The notes beneath the pieces are model-generated. The model was not told the origin of the DNA and ran no database searches. It saw only the letters and a program-made list of their open reading frames with translations. Of a stretch of DNA of 52,895 nucleotides, positions 27,750 to 36,326 are shown piece by piece. The stretch lies in assembly GCA_963768855.1 (NCBI GenBank), contig CAVYJM010000009.1, positions 1-52,895 on the forward strand, in the 5' to 3' direction. Each line of letters begins with the position of its first letter. The first letter of the stretch is position 1. Source of the DNA: an uncultured Thermoplasmata archaeon. GTDB taxonomy: Archaea > Thermoplasmatota > Thermoplasmata > RBG-16-68-12. The position numbers and the translations under genes were made by a program.

Positions 27750-27780
27750 AATCTATAGATTCCGGAGATTATCTATATAG
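27750..27780 (+). promoter_or_regulatory. Palindromic TATA-like promoter of the 34-aa ORF
   Basis: Perfect palindrome AATCTATAGATT (27750-27761) and CTATATAG (27773-27780), about 25 nt upstream of ATG 27805. Confidence 0.5.
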
Positions 27781-27804
27781 TCCAGGGACGCGCTGGGTCC
27801 CCCG

Positions 27805-27909
27805 ATGGAACGCAAGAACGAGACCCAGACCTGGGATGACTTCGAGGACTGGAAGCTCGACCGGGGTGCGTACGAAGAGACGCACCAGACCGAGTTCGCC
27901 TTGAAGTGA
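27805..27909 (+). CDS. Putative 34-aa acidic small protein MERKNETQTWDDFEDWKLDRGAYEETHQTEFALK
   Basis: Leaderless spacing from the TATA element, GC3-rich codons, followed by hairpin GCCGC-GAC-GCGGC and T tracts. Below the ORF-track length cutoff. Confidence 0.5.
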   Translation: MERKNETQTWDDFEDWKLDRGAYEETHQTEFALK

Positions 27910-28084
27910 GCATGGCCCGCCGCGACGCGGCGGCCCCTTTCGACGTTTTTCGGTCTGGGATTCACTCGGCGCGCCCGCCGCGCCTCCCTTCGAGCGGCCA
28001 ACCGGCCTCGGTTCCGGTTTTACGTATTCTGCATACCCACAGTCCATACGCGTTCTGCCGCCCTTCGTGGTCGAAGGGAGAGAT

Positions 28085-29173
28085 ATGCCCACGGTTGGTG
28101 AGTCGGCCCTGAACCCCTCTCGAACGGATGGGGCGTGTGTGGCCTGCGGCGGAACCCTACAGCGGATCGACGAGTACGCGTTGGACATCGCTGGCGAGGA
28201 AGTCGTCTTCTATGCAGACCGATGCCAATCCTGCGGCAACGAGTTCGTGAACGCGCCGAAGATCCTTCGGCCCGATTCGGGGATGATCAAGGAATTCCAG
28301 CCGGAGAAGTCCCCCCTCGGATCGTACTACCGCGTCCAGAACCTCTCGAGCCGCGATCGCGAGTTCCGGCAACACCCCGGCTACCGGGTGGCGGGAACCC
28401 TGCTGTGGTACCTCCTCGAGGAGGACATGGCCGACGTCGTCTTCCTGGCCCATCAGAGCGTCACGGAGGAGCCCGTGATGGCCTTCACGAAGAAGGATCT
28501 CTACCGCGCGTGGCAGCTCCGCATGGGCGCGGGGCGGGCCGTCGTCACGGGCAACGGGCTCCGCGCGAACCTCCTGAGCCTCACCCAGCTGAAGCGTTTC
28601 ACGGAGACGGACCGGGGTCTGCACCCGCGGATCGCGGTGATGGGCCGGCCCTGTCAGATCTACACGATGCGCAAGCTGCTCTGGGACCAGTTCGCCCCGG
28701 GGTACGAGTTCGCCTTCGGCATGGGAACCTTCTGCTACGGCAATTTCTCGCCCGGCGCATGGGGTGGCCAGAAGCTCCGGGAGATCCTCGGGTTCGATCC
28801 CACGGACATCCGTCAGGTCGGCTACGTCGGCGAGGAGCTCGAGTTCACTCCCGCGGACGGCGAGCCGAAGAAGGTCGGCCAGCAGGACGTCGCGGGCCTC
28901 GTGAACGCGAACTGCCTCCAGTGCTACGACTTCACCGCTCGCTTCAGCGACGTCAGCGTGGGCCACGTCGGGAGCGAGGAGCTCTTCGAGGCGGTGATCA
29001 TCCGCACCGAGAAGGGTGGTGTCGTCGTCGACCAGGCGGTGCGGGACGGCTTCCTAGCGCCTTCCGCCCAGCTCTACGGCAAGGTCGACGTCACGGAGGA
29101 AGAGCAGCGCACCCTCTCCTACCTCACCGCCATGGTGGGGATCAAGAAGGAGCTCACCGGCAAGCTGCGCTGA
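28085..29173 (+). CDS. Coenzyme F420 hydrogenase/dehydrogenase beta-subunit (FrhB) family protein with N-terminal CxxC..CxxC ribbon
   Basis: MGRPCQ, GTFCYGNF, CLQCYDFTARFSDVSVG, VIIRTEKG. N-terminal CVAC...CQSC. Confidence 0.85.
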   Translation: MPTVGESALNPSRTDGACVACGGTLQRIDEYALDIAGEEVVFYADRCQSCGNEFVNAPKILRPDSGMIKEFQPEKSPLGSYYRVQNLSSRDREFRQHPGYRVAGTLLWYLLEEDMADVVFLAHQSVTEEPVMAFTKKDLYRAWQLRMGAGRAVVTGNGLRANLLSLTQLKRFTETDRGLHPRIAVMGRPCQIYTMRKLLWDQFAPGYEFAFGMGTFCYGNFSPGAWGGQKLREILGFDPTDIRQVGYVGEELEFTPADGEPKKVGQQDVAGLVNANCLQCYDFTARFSDVSVGHVGSEELFEAVIIRTEKGGVVVDQAVRDGFLAPSAQLYGKVDVTEEEQRTLSYLTAMVGIKKELTGKLR

Positions 29174-29220
29174 TCGGGCTTCCGCTGAAGCTCTGAGCAA
29201 TGCAGACGGGCCGTCCTCGT

Positions 29221-29616
29221 CTAGTGCGAGTGCGCGTGGGCGTGCTCGTGATGGCCTTCCTGCGCGTCGGGAGCTTCCTCGCCTTTCCGGTTGAAGCTCT
29301 GCCCGCAGCCGCAGCTGGACCAGTTGTTCGGGTTGCTGACCATGAATCCGCTGCCCGCGACGCTCTCCACGTAATCGATGCTCGACCCATCGAGGTACTC
29401 GCGGCTGTTCGGATCGATGACGATCTTCACGCCGTTCGCTTGGACAGTCTCGTCGCCCTCGTGGACCTTGTTGTCCAGGGCGAGGCCGTACCGGAAGCCG
29501 GAGCATCCGCCGCCGGCCACGTACATGCGGAGGTAGGTGTCCTCTGCCGTGCCGTTCTTCGTGATGAGTTCTTTGAGCTTTCCGACGGCATTTTCTGAGA
29601 GTGTGACTTGGAACAT
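29221..29616 (-). CDS. erpA: A-type Fe-S carrier (ErpA/IscA/HesB family) with His-rich tail
   Basis: LRMYVAGGGCSGFRYGL, YLDGSSIDY, NPN..SSCGCGQSF. Tail HHEHAHAHSH. Confidence 0.92.
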   Translation of the reverse strand: MFQVTLSENAVGKLKELITKNGTAEDTYLRMYVAGGGCSGFRYGLALDNKVHEGDETVQANGVKIVIDPNSREYLDGSSIDYVESVAGSGFMVSNPNNWSSCGCGQSFNRKGEEAPDAQEGHHEHAHAHSH

Positions 29617-29702
29617 CGCTTCACCTCGCAGGAGTTGATACAACCATGGGCCCGTTATTTAACCCTTTGGAGCGCAGCCCCGCGACAACGCCACAGATTC
29701 GG

Positions 29703-30173
29703 TCACCCTAAGTCCTTGCCCATGTAGTGCCGCTCGTAACGGAACCCGAGCTCCTCGTAGATGTGCCGGGCGCGGCCGTTCGGGTCGGCGACCTCGAGCT
29801 TGATCTTGTGATAGCCCTTGGACCGCGCCCAGTCCGTCGCCCATTCGACGAGGTGCTTCCCGATGCCCTCCCCGCGGTGCTCGGGCGTGACCCACACGTC
29901 GAAGATGAACCCGTGCGGCTCGGGCGTCAGCCAGCCGCTCTCGCCGAGGAGCAGGTAGCCGAGGAACGCGCCGCCGGCGTCCTCCGCGATCCACGACTCG
30001 GTCCGGCCTCCCTCCACATAGGGGACGAGCTTGCGCCGGAAGTCCTTCTCCCACACCGTCCGGTCCAGCCGCGCCCGCTCGTCGCCCGGGAGGTCGTCCC
30101 ATACGGTCTGCAGCGTCGCCGTCCAAATCATCTTGACATCGGCCCGGCGACCGCGGCGCATCCGGATGTCCAC
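29703..30173 (-). CDS. GNAT family N-acetyltransferase
   Basis: IFDVWVTPEHRGEGIGKHLV...KIKLEV...N.RARHIYEELGF. Start uncertain (30161, 30173 or 30236). Confidence 0.88.
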   Translation of the reverse strand: MDIRMRRGRRADVKMIWTATLQTVWDDLPGDERARLDRTVWEKDFRRKLVPYVEGGRTESWIAEDAGGAFLGYLLLGESGWLTPEPHGFIFDVWVTPEHRGEGIGKHLVEWATDWARSKGYHKIKLEVADPNGRARHIYEELGFRYERHYMGKDLG

Positions 30174-30279
30174 GCGTTTCCCGCGCCGAGGAACGTCCCG
30201 CTGGGCGATGAAGGTGTCGGCCCTCCGGGAAGACAATCCGCGACCAGCCTTTATATCGTGCGTCTCCGTTCCGACGTCC

Positions 30280-32788
30280 GTGCTCCCTTCGCGCTGCCTC
30301 CGGTGCGGCGCCGTGGGTCGCGAACCGCTCTGCGCGTCCTGCGTCGACTTCCTCGTGGCCTATCGCCCTCTCTGGCTCGATCCTTCCCTCCTCCCCGGCC
30401 CCTCCCTCCTCGACCTCCTCGCGCCGCACGAGGTCGCGATCCTTTCCGCGGACGGGGACCAGATTGAATGGAGGTCCCTCCCCCACGAGCCTTCCGCGGG
30501 GGATGCGGTCCACCTGATCGAGCTCCTCGACCTCCGCTCGAACCCGAGCCCCGTCGTGAGCGTGGGGGATGCGGAAGTCCTCCACACGTTCCTGTCGGAA
30601 GGCCGCCGCTCGCCTCCGTCCGACCCGGTGCAGCGTTCCGCGCTGGCCGACCTCTATCGCTACCTTGCGGCGCGGGAATGGATCCCGCCCCATCTCTCCC
30701 AGGAGTACGCGCTCCGGGCCCGGACCCTGAGGCCCCTGCCTGCGGAAGAGCCGGAAGAGGATCCCCGCCGCGGTCACCCGGGCCCCCGAACCCCCCTCGT
30801 TCGAATCCGAGGAGCTCCCTCCGGAGGTCTCCGAGGAGCTGGAGGAGGCGGAGCGGGCGCCCGAGGAGCTGCCCCCGGAGCCGTCCGAGGCGACCGAGCC
30901 GGCCTCGCCGGGGCCGCTTCCCGAGCCCATGCCGGAACCCGAGCCGCCCCTTCCGCTCCCGGAACCGGGTCCGCCGCCCGAGCCGCAGCCTGAGCCCGAA
31001 CCCGAACCGGAGGAGCGTCCTGCGGAGCCGTCCCCTCCGTCGCCCCCCTCGCCCGCACCCGCGGAGACCCTGACGTCCTTCTCTGCGGAGATCGCGGGAA
31101 TGAAGGAGGAGCTCCGCGAAGAAATCGCGAAGCAACGGGAGAGCGTCCAGGCGTGGATTCGCGATCACGCCGGCGCCCTTGAATCGAAGGAGAAAGACCT
31201 CCTGGAGAAAGAGCGATCCCTCGAGCGGGCCGCGCAGGCGATCGAGGAGGAGAAGCGGTCCGTCACGGAGCGCCTCCAGTCCCTCGAGAAGGATGAGAAC
31301 CGCCTCGCCGTCCTGAAATCCCTGGGGAGCGTCCCGGGCATGACGGAGGACGTGGCCCAAGTCCTCGTGGCGGCGTTCCCCGACATGGCCGCCCTGCGTT
31401 CCGCCGATGCGAAGGCCCTTGAGCAATGCCAAGGCGTGACGCCCGCCCTGGCGAAGGCGATCCGTTTCGACCTCGTCCCCGGCGAGGTGGAAGAGGAGGC
31501 GCGGACGATCGACCTGCGCGAGGAGGCGCAGGCGTTCCTCGAGGAGGGGGACTACCGCGCCGCCCTCCAGTGCTACAACCGCCTCCTGGCGGAGCATCCC
31601 GAGGACAAGGTCTTCTGGTTCGACAAGGCGGAGATCCACGTCCTCCTGGATGAGACGGAGGAGGCACTCCAGTGCTACACCCGGGTCCTCGACCTCGACC
31701 GCGGGAACCGCCAGGCGTGGTTCGAGCGGGCGAACCTCCTCTTCGGGATGGGCCGCCTCGCGGACGCCGTCGATGCGCTGCGCGAAGCCCTCCGGATCGC
31801 GCCGCGCAAGTCCGGGGACGTGGTCCTGAAAGCGGAGCAGCTCCGCCGGGACGGGAACGCGAACGAGGCCGCGATCCTCTATCAGGCCGTCCTCGACGTG
31901 GACCCGGACAACGGCCGGGCCGTCCTCGGCCTCGGGGACACGTTCATCGACCTCGGGGACGTCGACGCGGCAGAGGGTCTCTTCACCCGCGCGCTCGGGA
32001 AGGAAGGGAAGGATCCCGAGCTCCTCTTCCGCAAGGGCGACCTCCTCCGGCGGAAGGGCCGGTGGGGCGCCGCGATCCAGTTCTTCAACCGCGCCCTGGC
32101 CCTGAGGTGGGATCTCTCCGAGGCCTGGCTGGCGAAGGGGCAGGTCCTCCTCGCTCACGACCGGCCGCAGGAGGCGCTCGAGTGTTTCGAGAAGGTCCTG
32201 TCGTTCCATCCGGACGAGGCGGGCGCTCTCGCCGGGAAGCGGGACGCCGAGGAGTTCCTGCGTCCCCTCCATCTTCCCCCTCGAAAGGCCTCGCGACCCG
32301 GACCCCCGGAGGAAACGGTCCGTTCCGAACCCGCGGCGCCACCGGCCGGCGAGACGGAGGAGGAGCGGGCGGAGCCGCCGGAGTCCGAGGAACCCTCCTT
32401 CGCGGAGGAGTTCCGCCGGGCCGGAGGCGAGGCCAGCGAGAAGGAGACTCCCGAGGAGGTCCCCGGGATCCCCGCGGACTTCAAGACCTTCGTGGAGTCC
32501 GTCGAGCCGGAACGGGAAGACACCCATGTCCTGCTCCAGCTCGCCGAACTCGCCCTCGAAGGCGGCGACCCGGACATGGCCCTCCTGCGGTACGACGAGG
32601 CCCTGGAGCAGGATCCGAAGAGCGCGAAGGCCTGGACGGGAAAGGGGACGGCCCTTCAGCAGCTTGAGCGGTACGACGAGGCGCTCGCCGCGTATGACCG
32701 GGCCCTGGAGCTCGATCCGGACGACGAGATCGCGGAGCGCTGGCGGGAGACCTGCCTGCGTCACGTGCGCCGAGGCGAGGACGGATGA
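30280..32788 (+). CDS. Large Zn-finger / Pro-Glu linker / HhH / TPR protein; +1 frameshift in the CCCC run at 30763-30766
   Basis: GTG 30280 lies 24 nt after TTTATAT. CLRC..LCASC; continuity with the E/P-rich frame of ORF 30929-32788 is restored by dropping one C. HhH pair SVPGMTEDVAQ / QCQGVTPALAKAI. About 10 TPR repeats (W..KG..L, A...Y..AL..DP). Confidence 0.8.
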
Positions 32789-33705
32789 GCTCCCCGCCGG
32801 AGGAGGTCGGGGAGCGGTTCCTGCCGAGCGTGGACCGGCTCGAGGCTGCCGTCCATGCGGGGCGCAAGGCGCTCGAGGGCGGCCGCTACGACGACGCCCT
32901 CCGCCAGTTCAACGAGGCCCTCCGCCTCAAGCCGGAGTACGATGTCGCGTGGCTCCTGCGGGGGCACGCCCTCCGGCGGATGGGCGACTTCGACGGCGCA
33001 TTGCAGAGCTTCGCGCAGACCCTGCGGCACAACGAGGAGTCGGAAGAGGGCTGGATGGGCCTCGCAGCGTCCCTCCACGAGCTCCGGCGCTACAAGGAGG
33101 AGGCGGAGGCCTACGACCAGCTCACGAAAATTCATCCCCGGCTCGTCGAGGCGTGGCTCAACAAAGGCGCCGCCCTGCATGACCTGAAGGATTACAAAGG
33201 CGCGATCGCGTGCTACGATAAGGTCCTCTCCCTGCGGCCCGAGCACGCGGCCGCGTGGAACAACAAGGGTGCGGCCCTGCTCCGCCTCGGCGACGAGGCC
33301 GGCGCGGCCGGATGCTTCGACGAGGCCCTCCATTTCAACCCGGACTTCTTCGACGCGATGGTCAACCGCATCTTCCTCTCCCAGAGGCAGGGCCACCACG
33401 GCGACGTGGCCTTCTGGGCGGACCGCGCCCTGCGCGTCCGCGACGTGGCCTGGCTGTGGTACGCGAAAGGCCTCGCCCACCTCGGCCTCCTGGAGTCCAC
33501 GATGGCCCTCAAGGCGTTCGAGCGAACCCTGGAACTGGATCCCACCTTGAAGGAGGCCCGCGCGGGGGCGCGCCGTGCCAAGACGCTCCGGGAGAAGGTC
33601 GACTTCTACCGCGGCGTCTACGAGTGCTTCGGCACCCATCTCGCGGGGGACCCCGGCTGCGCCGAGTGCGAGATCGCCGCACGGTGCCGGGAGGTGACCC
33701 GGTGA
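32785..33705 (+). CDS. TPR-repeat protein with C-terminal C-x10-C-x2-C-x5-C motif
   Basis: Repeats AWLNKGAAL, AWNNKGAAL, LWYAKGLA. Tail CFGTHLAGDPGCAECEIAARC. ATGA overlap with the upstream gene. Confidence 0.88.
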   Translation: MSSPPEEVGERFLPSVDRLEAAVHAGRKALEGGRYDDALRQFNEALRLKPEYDVAWLLRGHALRRMGDFDGALQSFAQTLRHNEESEEGWMGLAASLHELRRYKEEAEAYDQLTKIHPRLVEAWLNKGAALHDLKDYKGAIACYDKVLSLRPEHAAAWNNKGAALLRLGDEAGAAGCFDEALHFNPDFFDAMVNRIFLSQRQGHHGDVAFWADRALRVRDVAWLWYAKGLAHLGLLESTMALKAFERTLELDPTLKEARAGARRAKTLREKVDFYRGVYECFGTHLAGDPGCAECEIAARCREVTR

Positions 33706-34922
33706 GCCTCCCGTCCCTGGCCGAGGTCGAGCACGCGGACTGGGCCACGCTCGAACGGATCGCCGCACGCCTCGGCCTCAACCCGAAGGGTCGCAGCGGC
33801 GTGGTGCGGATGCGGGTCCTCGACCACCTCCGTCATCGCGTTCGCCTCGAGTCGTGGCGTCCCGGGGTCCAGCAGCAGGCCGCCCTCCTCACGCGACTCG
33901 GCCATCCGGACAGTGCGGCCCGGCTCTGGGAGTCGACGATTCAGCTCGACGAGCCGGCCCCGTGGGTCGGTCTGGGAAGGGCCCAGCTCGGTGCGGGGGA
34001 GCTGATCGAAGCCACGAAAGCCTTCGACCGCGCGGCCCAGATGGGGGACGCGTCCGCGAACCTCCACAGGGCCGAGTCCCTCGCCGCCTCGGGGAACTAC
34101 GAGGAGGCCGCTCGCGCCTGCGACGCCTACCTCACGGCCCGGCCGCGGGACCTCCGTGCGATGCTCCTGAAAGCGGGCTTCCTCGCCCATGGCGGATGGA
34201 CGGACGAGGCTGCAACCGTCATGCGGGACGCCTTCGAGACGCACCCGAATCTGCGGGAGCTGTGGCGGGGCCTCGGGACCCTCCTCCTCAAGGGGAACCG
34301 GGTCGAGGCCGCTGCGGAGGCTTATCGCGAGGCCCTCCGGGCGGACGCCAAGGATGAGGCGAGCTGGATCAACCGCGGGGCGGCCCTCCTTCTCGGCGGG
34401 CGTACCCGGGAGGCGATCGGCGCCTTCCGCGAGGTCCTCGAGGCGAATCCCCGCCAGGCGATCGCCCTGAACGATCTCGGCGTGGCATACCTCCGCGATG
34501 GGCAGGCAAAGTCTGCCGCGGTCAACCTCGAGCGGGCCGCCAAGCACATGGAGACGCCGCAGATTCTCCTGAACGTCGCGAAGGTGCAGGAGGCGACCCA
34601 TCAGCGGTCCGCGGCCCTCGAGTCCTACTCGCGCATCCTCGCCTTGAAACCGCGTGACGCGGACGCTGTGGCCGCCCGGAAGCGGCTTCAACCCTCGAAG
34701 GCTCCACGGCGTCCCGCTCCGCGGAAGGTGCGGCGACCGCTGAAGAAGAGACGGGTTCCGAGGAAGAAGAAGGCCAAGCCGACGCGGAGGAAGTCGCGTC
34801 CCCCTCCGCGCGCCGCTCGGAAGTCTCGCCCGCGCGGTCCGCGAAAGGCCCGTCGCACCCGCTCAACCTCCAAGCCGAGGACGAGGGCGAAGCCGAAACG
34901 CTCCCGATCTCGCTCCCGATGA
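33702..34922 (+). CDS. TPR-repeat protein with N-terminal SAP-like motif and Lys/Arg/Pro-rich C-terminal tail
   Basis: DWATLERIAARLGLNPKGRSGVVRMRVL; TPRs (SWINRGAAL, ALNDLGVAY); about 75-aa tail ending KRSRSRSR. GTGA overlap at 33702. Confidence 0.85.
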   Translation: MSLPSLAEVEHADWATLERIAARLGLNPKGRSGVVRMRVLDHLRHRVRLESWRPGVQQQAALLTRLGHPDSAARLWESTIQLDEPAPWVGLGRAQLGAGELIEATKAFDRAAQMGDASANLHRAESLAASGNYEEAARACDAYLTARPRDLRAMLLKAGFLAHGGWTDEAATVMRDAFETHPNLRELWRGLGTLLLKGNRVEAAAEAYREALRADAKDEASWINRGAALLLGGRTREAIGAFREVLEANPRQAIALNDLGVAYLRDGQAKSAAVNLERAAKHMETPQILLNVAKVQEATHQRSAALESYSRILALKPRDADAVAARKRLQPSKAPRRPAPRKVRRPLKKRRVPRKKKAKPTRRKSRPPPRAARKSRPRGPRKARRTRSTSKPRTRAKPKRSRSRSR

Positions 34923-35635
34923 GCCGCAGCGTCCCGCATAACCCTCAAGTCGGTGCGCCGCATCGCTCCCTCGTGCCCATCCGACCCACTGCGCACGCAG
35001 GCGTCTTCACGGACGGCTCATGGCTCTTCACGCGGAATCTCGTCCCTGGGAAGGCCGTCTACGGGGAAGGTCTCTTGACCGAGGAGGGCATCGAGTACCG
35101 CAAGTGGGATGCGACCCGGAGCAAGCTGGCCGCTTACCTGAAGCGCGGCGGCCGCACGTGGCCGTTCGGTGACACCCTCTCCGTCCTCTACCTAGGCGCG
35201 GGCAGCGGCACCACGGTGAGCCACATCTCCGATGTCTGCGCCCGGGGGACGATCGTCGCGATCGAGATCTCCCCGCGGGTCTTCCGGGACCTCGTTTCCG
35301 TGGCGGAGGCGCGTCCCAACCTGATTCCCATCCTTGCGGACGCGGCCCGGCCCGAGACCTATCGCAGTCATGTTGGGACCGTCGACGTGCTGTACCAGGA
35401 CGTGGCCCAGCGGGACCAGGTGGACATCTTCCTGCGGAACCTGGAGTTCCTGCGGTCTGGAGGGGCCGGTCTCCTGATGCTCAAAGCGCGTTCCGTCGAC
35501 GTGGCGGCGCGTCCTGAGGATATCTACGATCAAGCGCGCGCGGCGATCGGACACGCAGGTCTCGAGGTCGTGGACGTCCGTCCCCTCGACCCATTCCAGG
35601 CGGATCACGCGGCGGTCGTGATCCGCAGACGCTGA
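34919..35635 (+). CDS. flpA: Fibrillarin-like rRNA/tRNA 2'-O-methyltransferase
   Basis: TRNLVPGKAVYGE, EYRKWDATRSKLAA, VLYLGAGSGTTVSHISD, DVLYQDVAQRDQ, MLKARSVD. Confidence 0.96.
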   Translation: MSRSVPHNPQVGAPHRSLVPIRPTAHAGVFTDGSWLFTRNLVPGKAVYGEGLLTEEGIEYRKWDATRSKLAAYLKRGGRTWPFGDTLSVLYLGAGSGTTVSHISDVCARGTIVAIEISPRVFRDLVSVAEARPNLIPILADAARPETYRSHVGTVDVLYQDVAQRDQVDIFLRNLEFLRSGGAGLLMLKARSVDVAARPEDIYDQARAAIGHAGLEVVDVRPLDPFQADHAAVVIRRR

Positions 35636-35862
35636 CCGGTTCGGGGAAACCCACACGGTGCGCACGTTCACGGTCCCGGAGATGCGGGGGATTCTCCGGC
35701 GGTTTCGATCTTCTCGTCACATACGCCGCCACCCCGAAGAAGAAGTCCTTCCGGCCCGTCACCCCGGACACGTTCCGCATCATGGCGGTGGGCCTCCGCG
35801 CGGGCCCAATCAATCTTAAATACCGGCACGCGGTATGCGAGCTTCCCCTCCGAGGAAATTCG

Positions 35863-36318
35863 ATGGCACGCCTCCATGCAAAGCGCAAGGGCAAGAGCGG
35901 CTCGACCCGCCCCTTCCTGAAGACGAATCCCGAGTGGGTTTCGATGGAAAAGGCCGAGATCGAGGAGACCATCGTCCGGCTTCATCAGGAGGGCCTACCC
36001 GCGGCCGGGATCGGCCTCCGCCTCCGAGACGCGTACGGCGTCCCGAACGTCCAGCTCGCGACGGGCAAGAGCGTGACGCAGGTCCTCGCCGAGAAGAACG
36101 TGAAGCCCGCGCTTCCCGAGGACCTTGCGAGCCTCATCAAGCGCGCTGCCTCCCTGCAGGTCCATCTCAAGGACCACAAAAAGGACCTGAGCAACAAGCG
36201 GGGGCTTCAGCTCATCGAGTCCCGGATTCGCCGCCTCTCGAAGTACTACAAAGCGGAGGGCGTCCTTCCCTCGGACTGGGACTACTCGGCGAAGCTCGCG
36301 GAGCTCCAAGTGAAGTAG
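35863..36318 (+). CDS. rps15: 30S ribosomal protein S15 (uS15, archaeal type)
   Basis: MARLHAKRKGKSGSTRP, IGLRLRDAYGVP, LPEDL, HKKDLSNKRGLQLIESRIRRL..YYK. Confidence 0.97.
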   Translation: MARLHAKRKGKSGSTRPFLKTNPEWVSMEKAEIEETIVRLHQEGLPAAGIGLRLRDAYGVPNVQLATGKSVTQVLAEKNVKPALPEDLASLIKRAASLQVHLKDHKKDLSNKRGLQLIESRIRRLSKYYKAEGVLPSDWDYSAKLAELQVK

Positions 36319-36326
36319 GTGCACCG

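Noticed and set aside
30767-31070. Repeated CCGGAACCCGAG-like units as a CRISPR or DNA repeat array
   Set aside because: They are codon repeats of a Pro/Glu linker with no fixed repeat-spacer periodicity.
30251-32764. 837-aa minus-strand ORF
   Set aside because: Antisense shadow of the TPR gene.
35782-35862. N-terminal extension of uS15
   Set aside because: It spans the CTTAAATA TATA box; the conserved protein begins MARLH at 35863.
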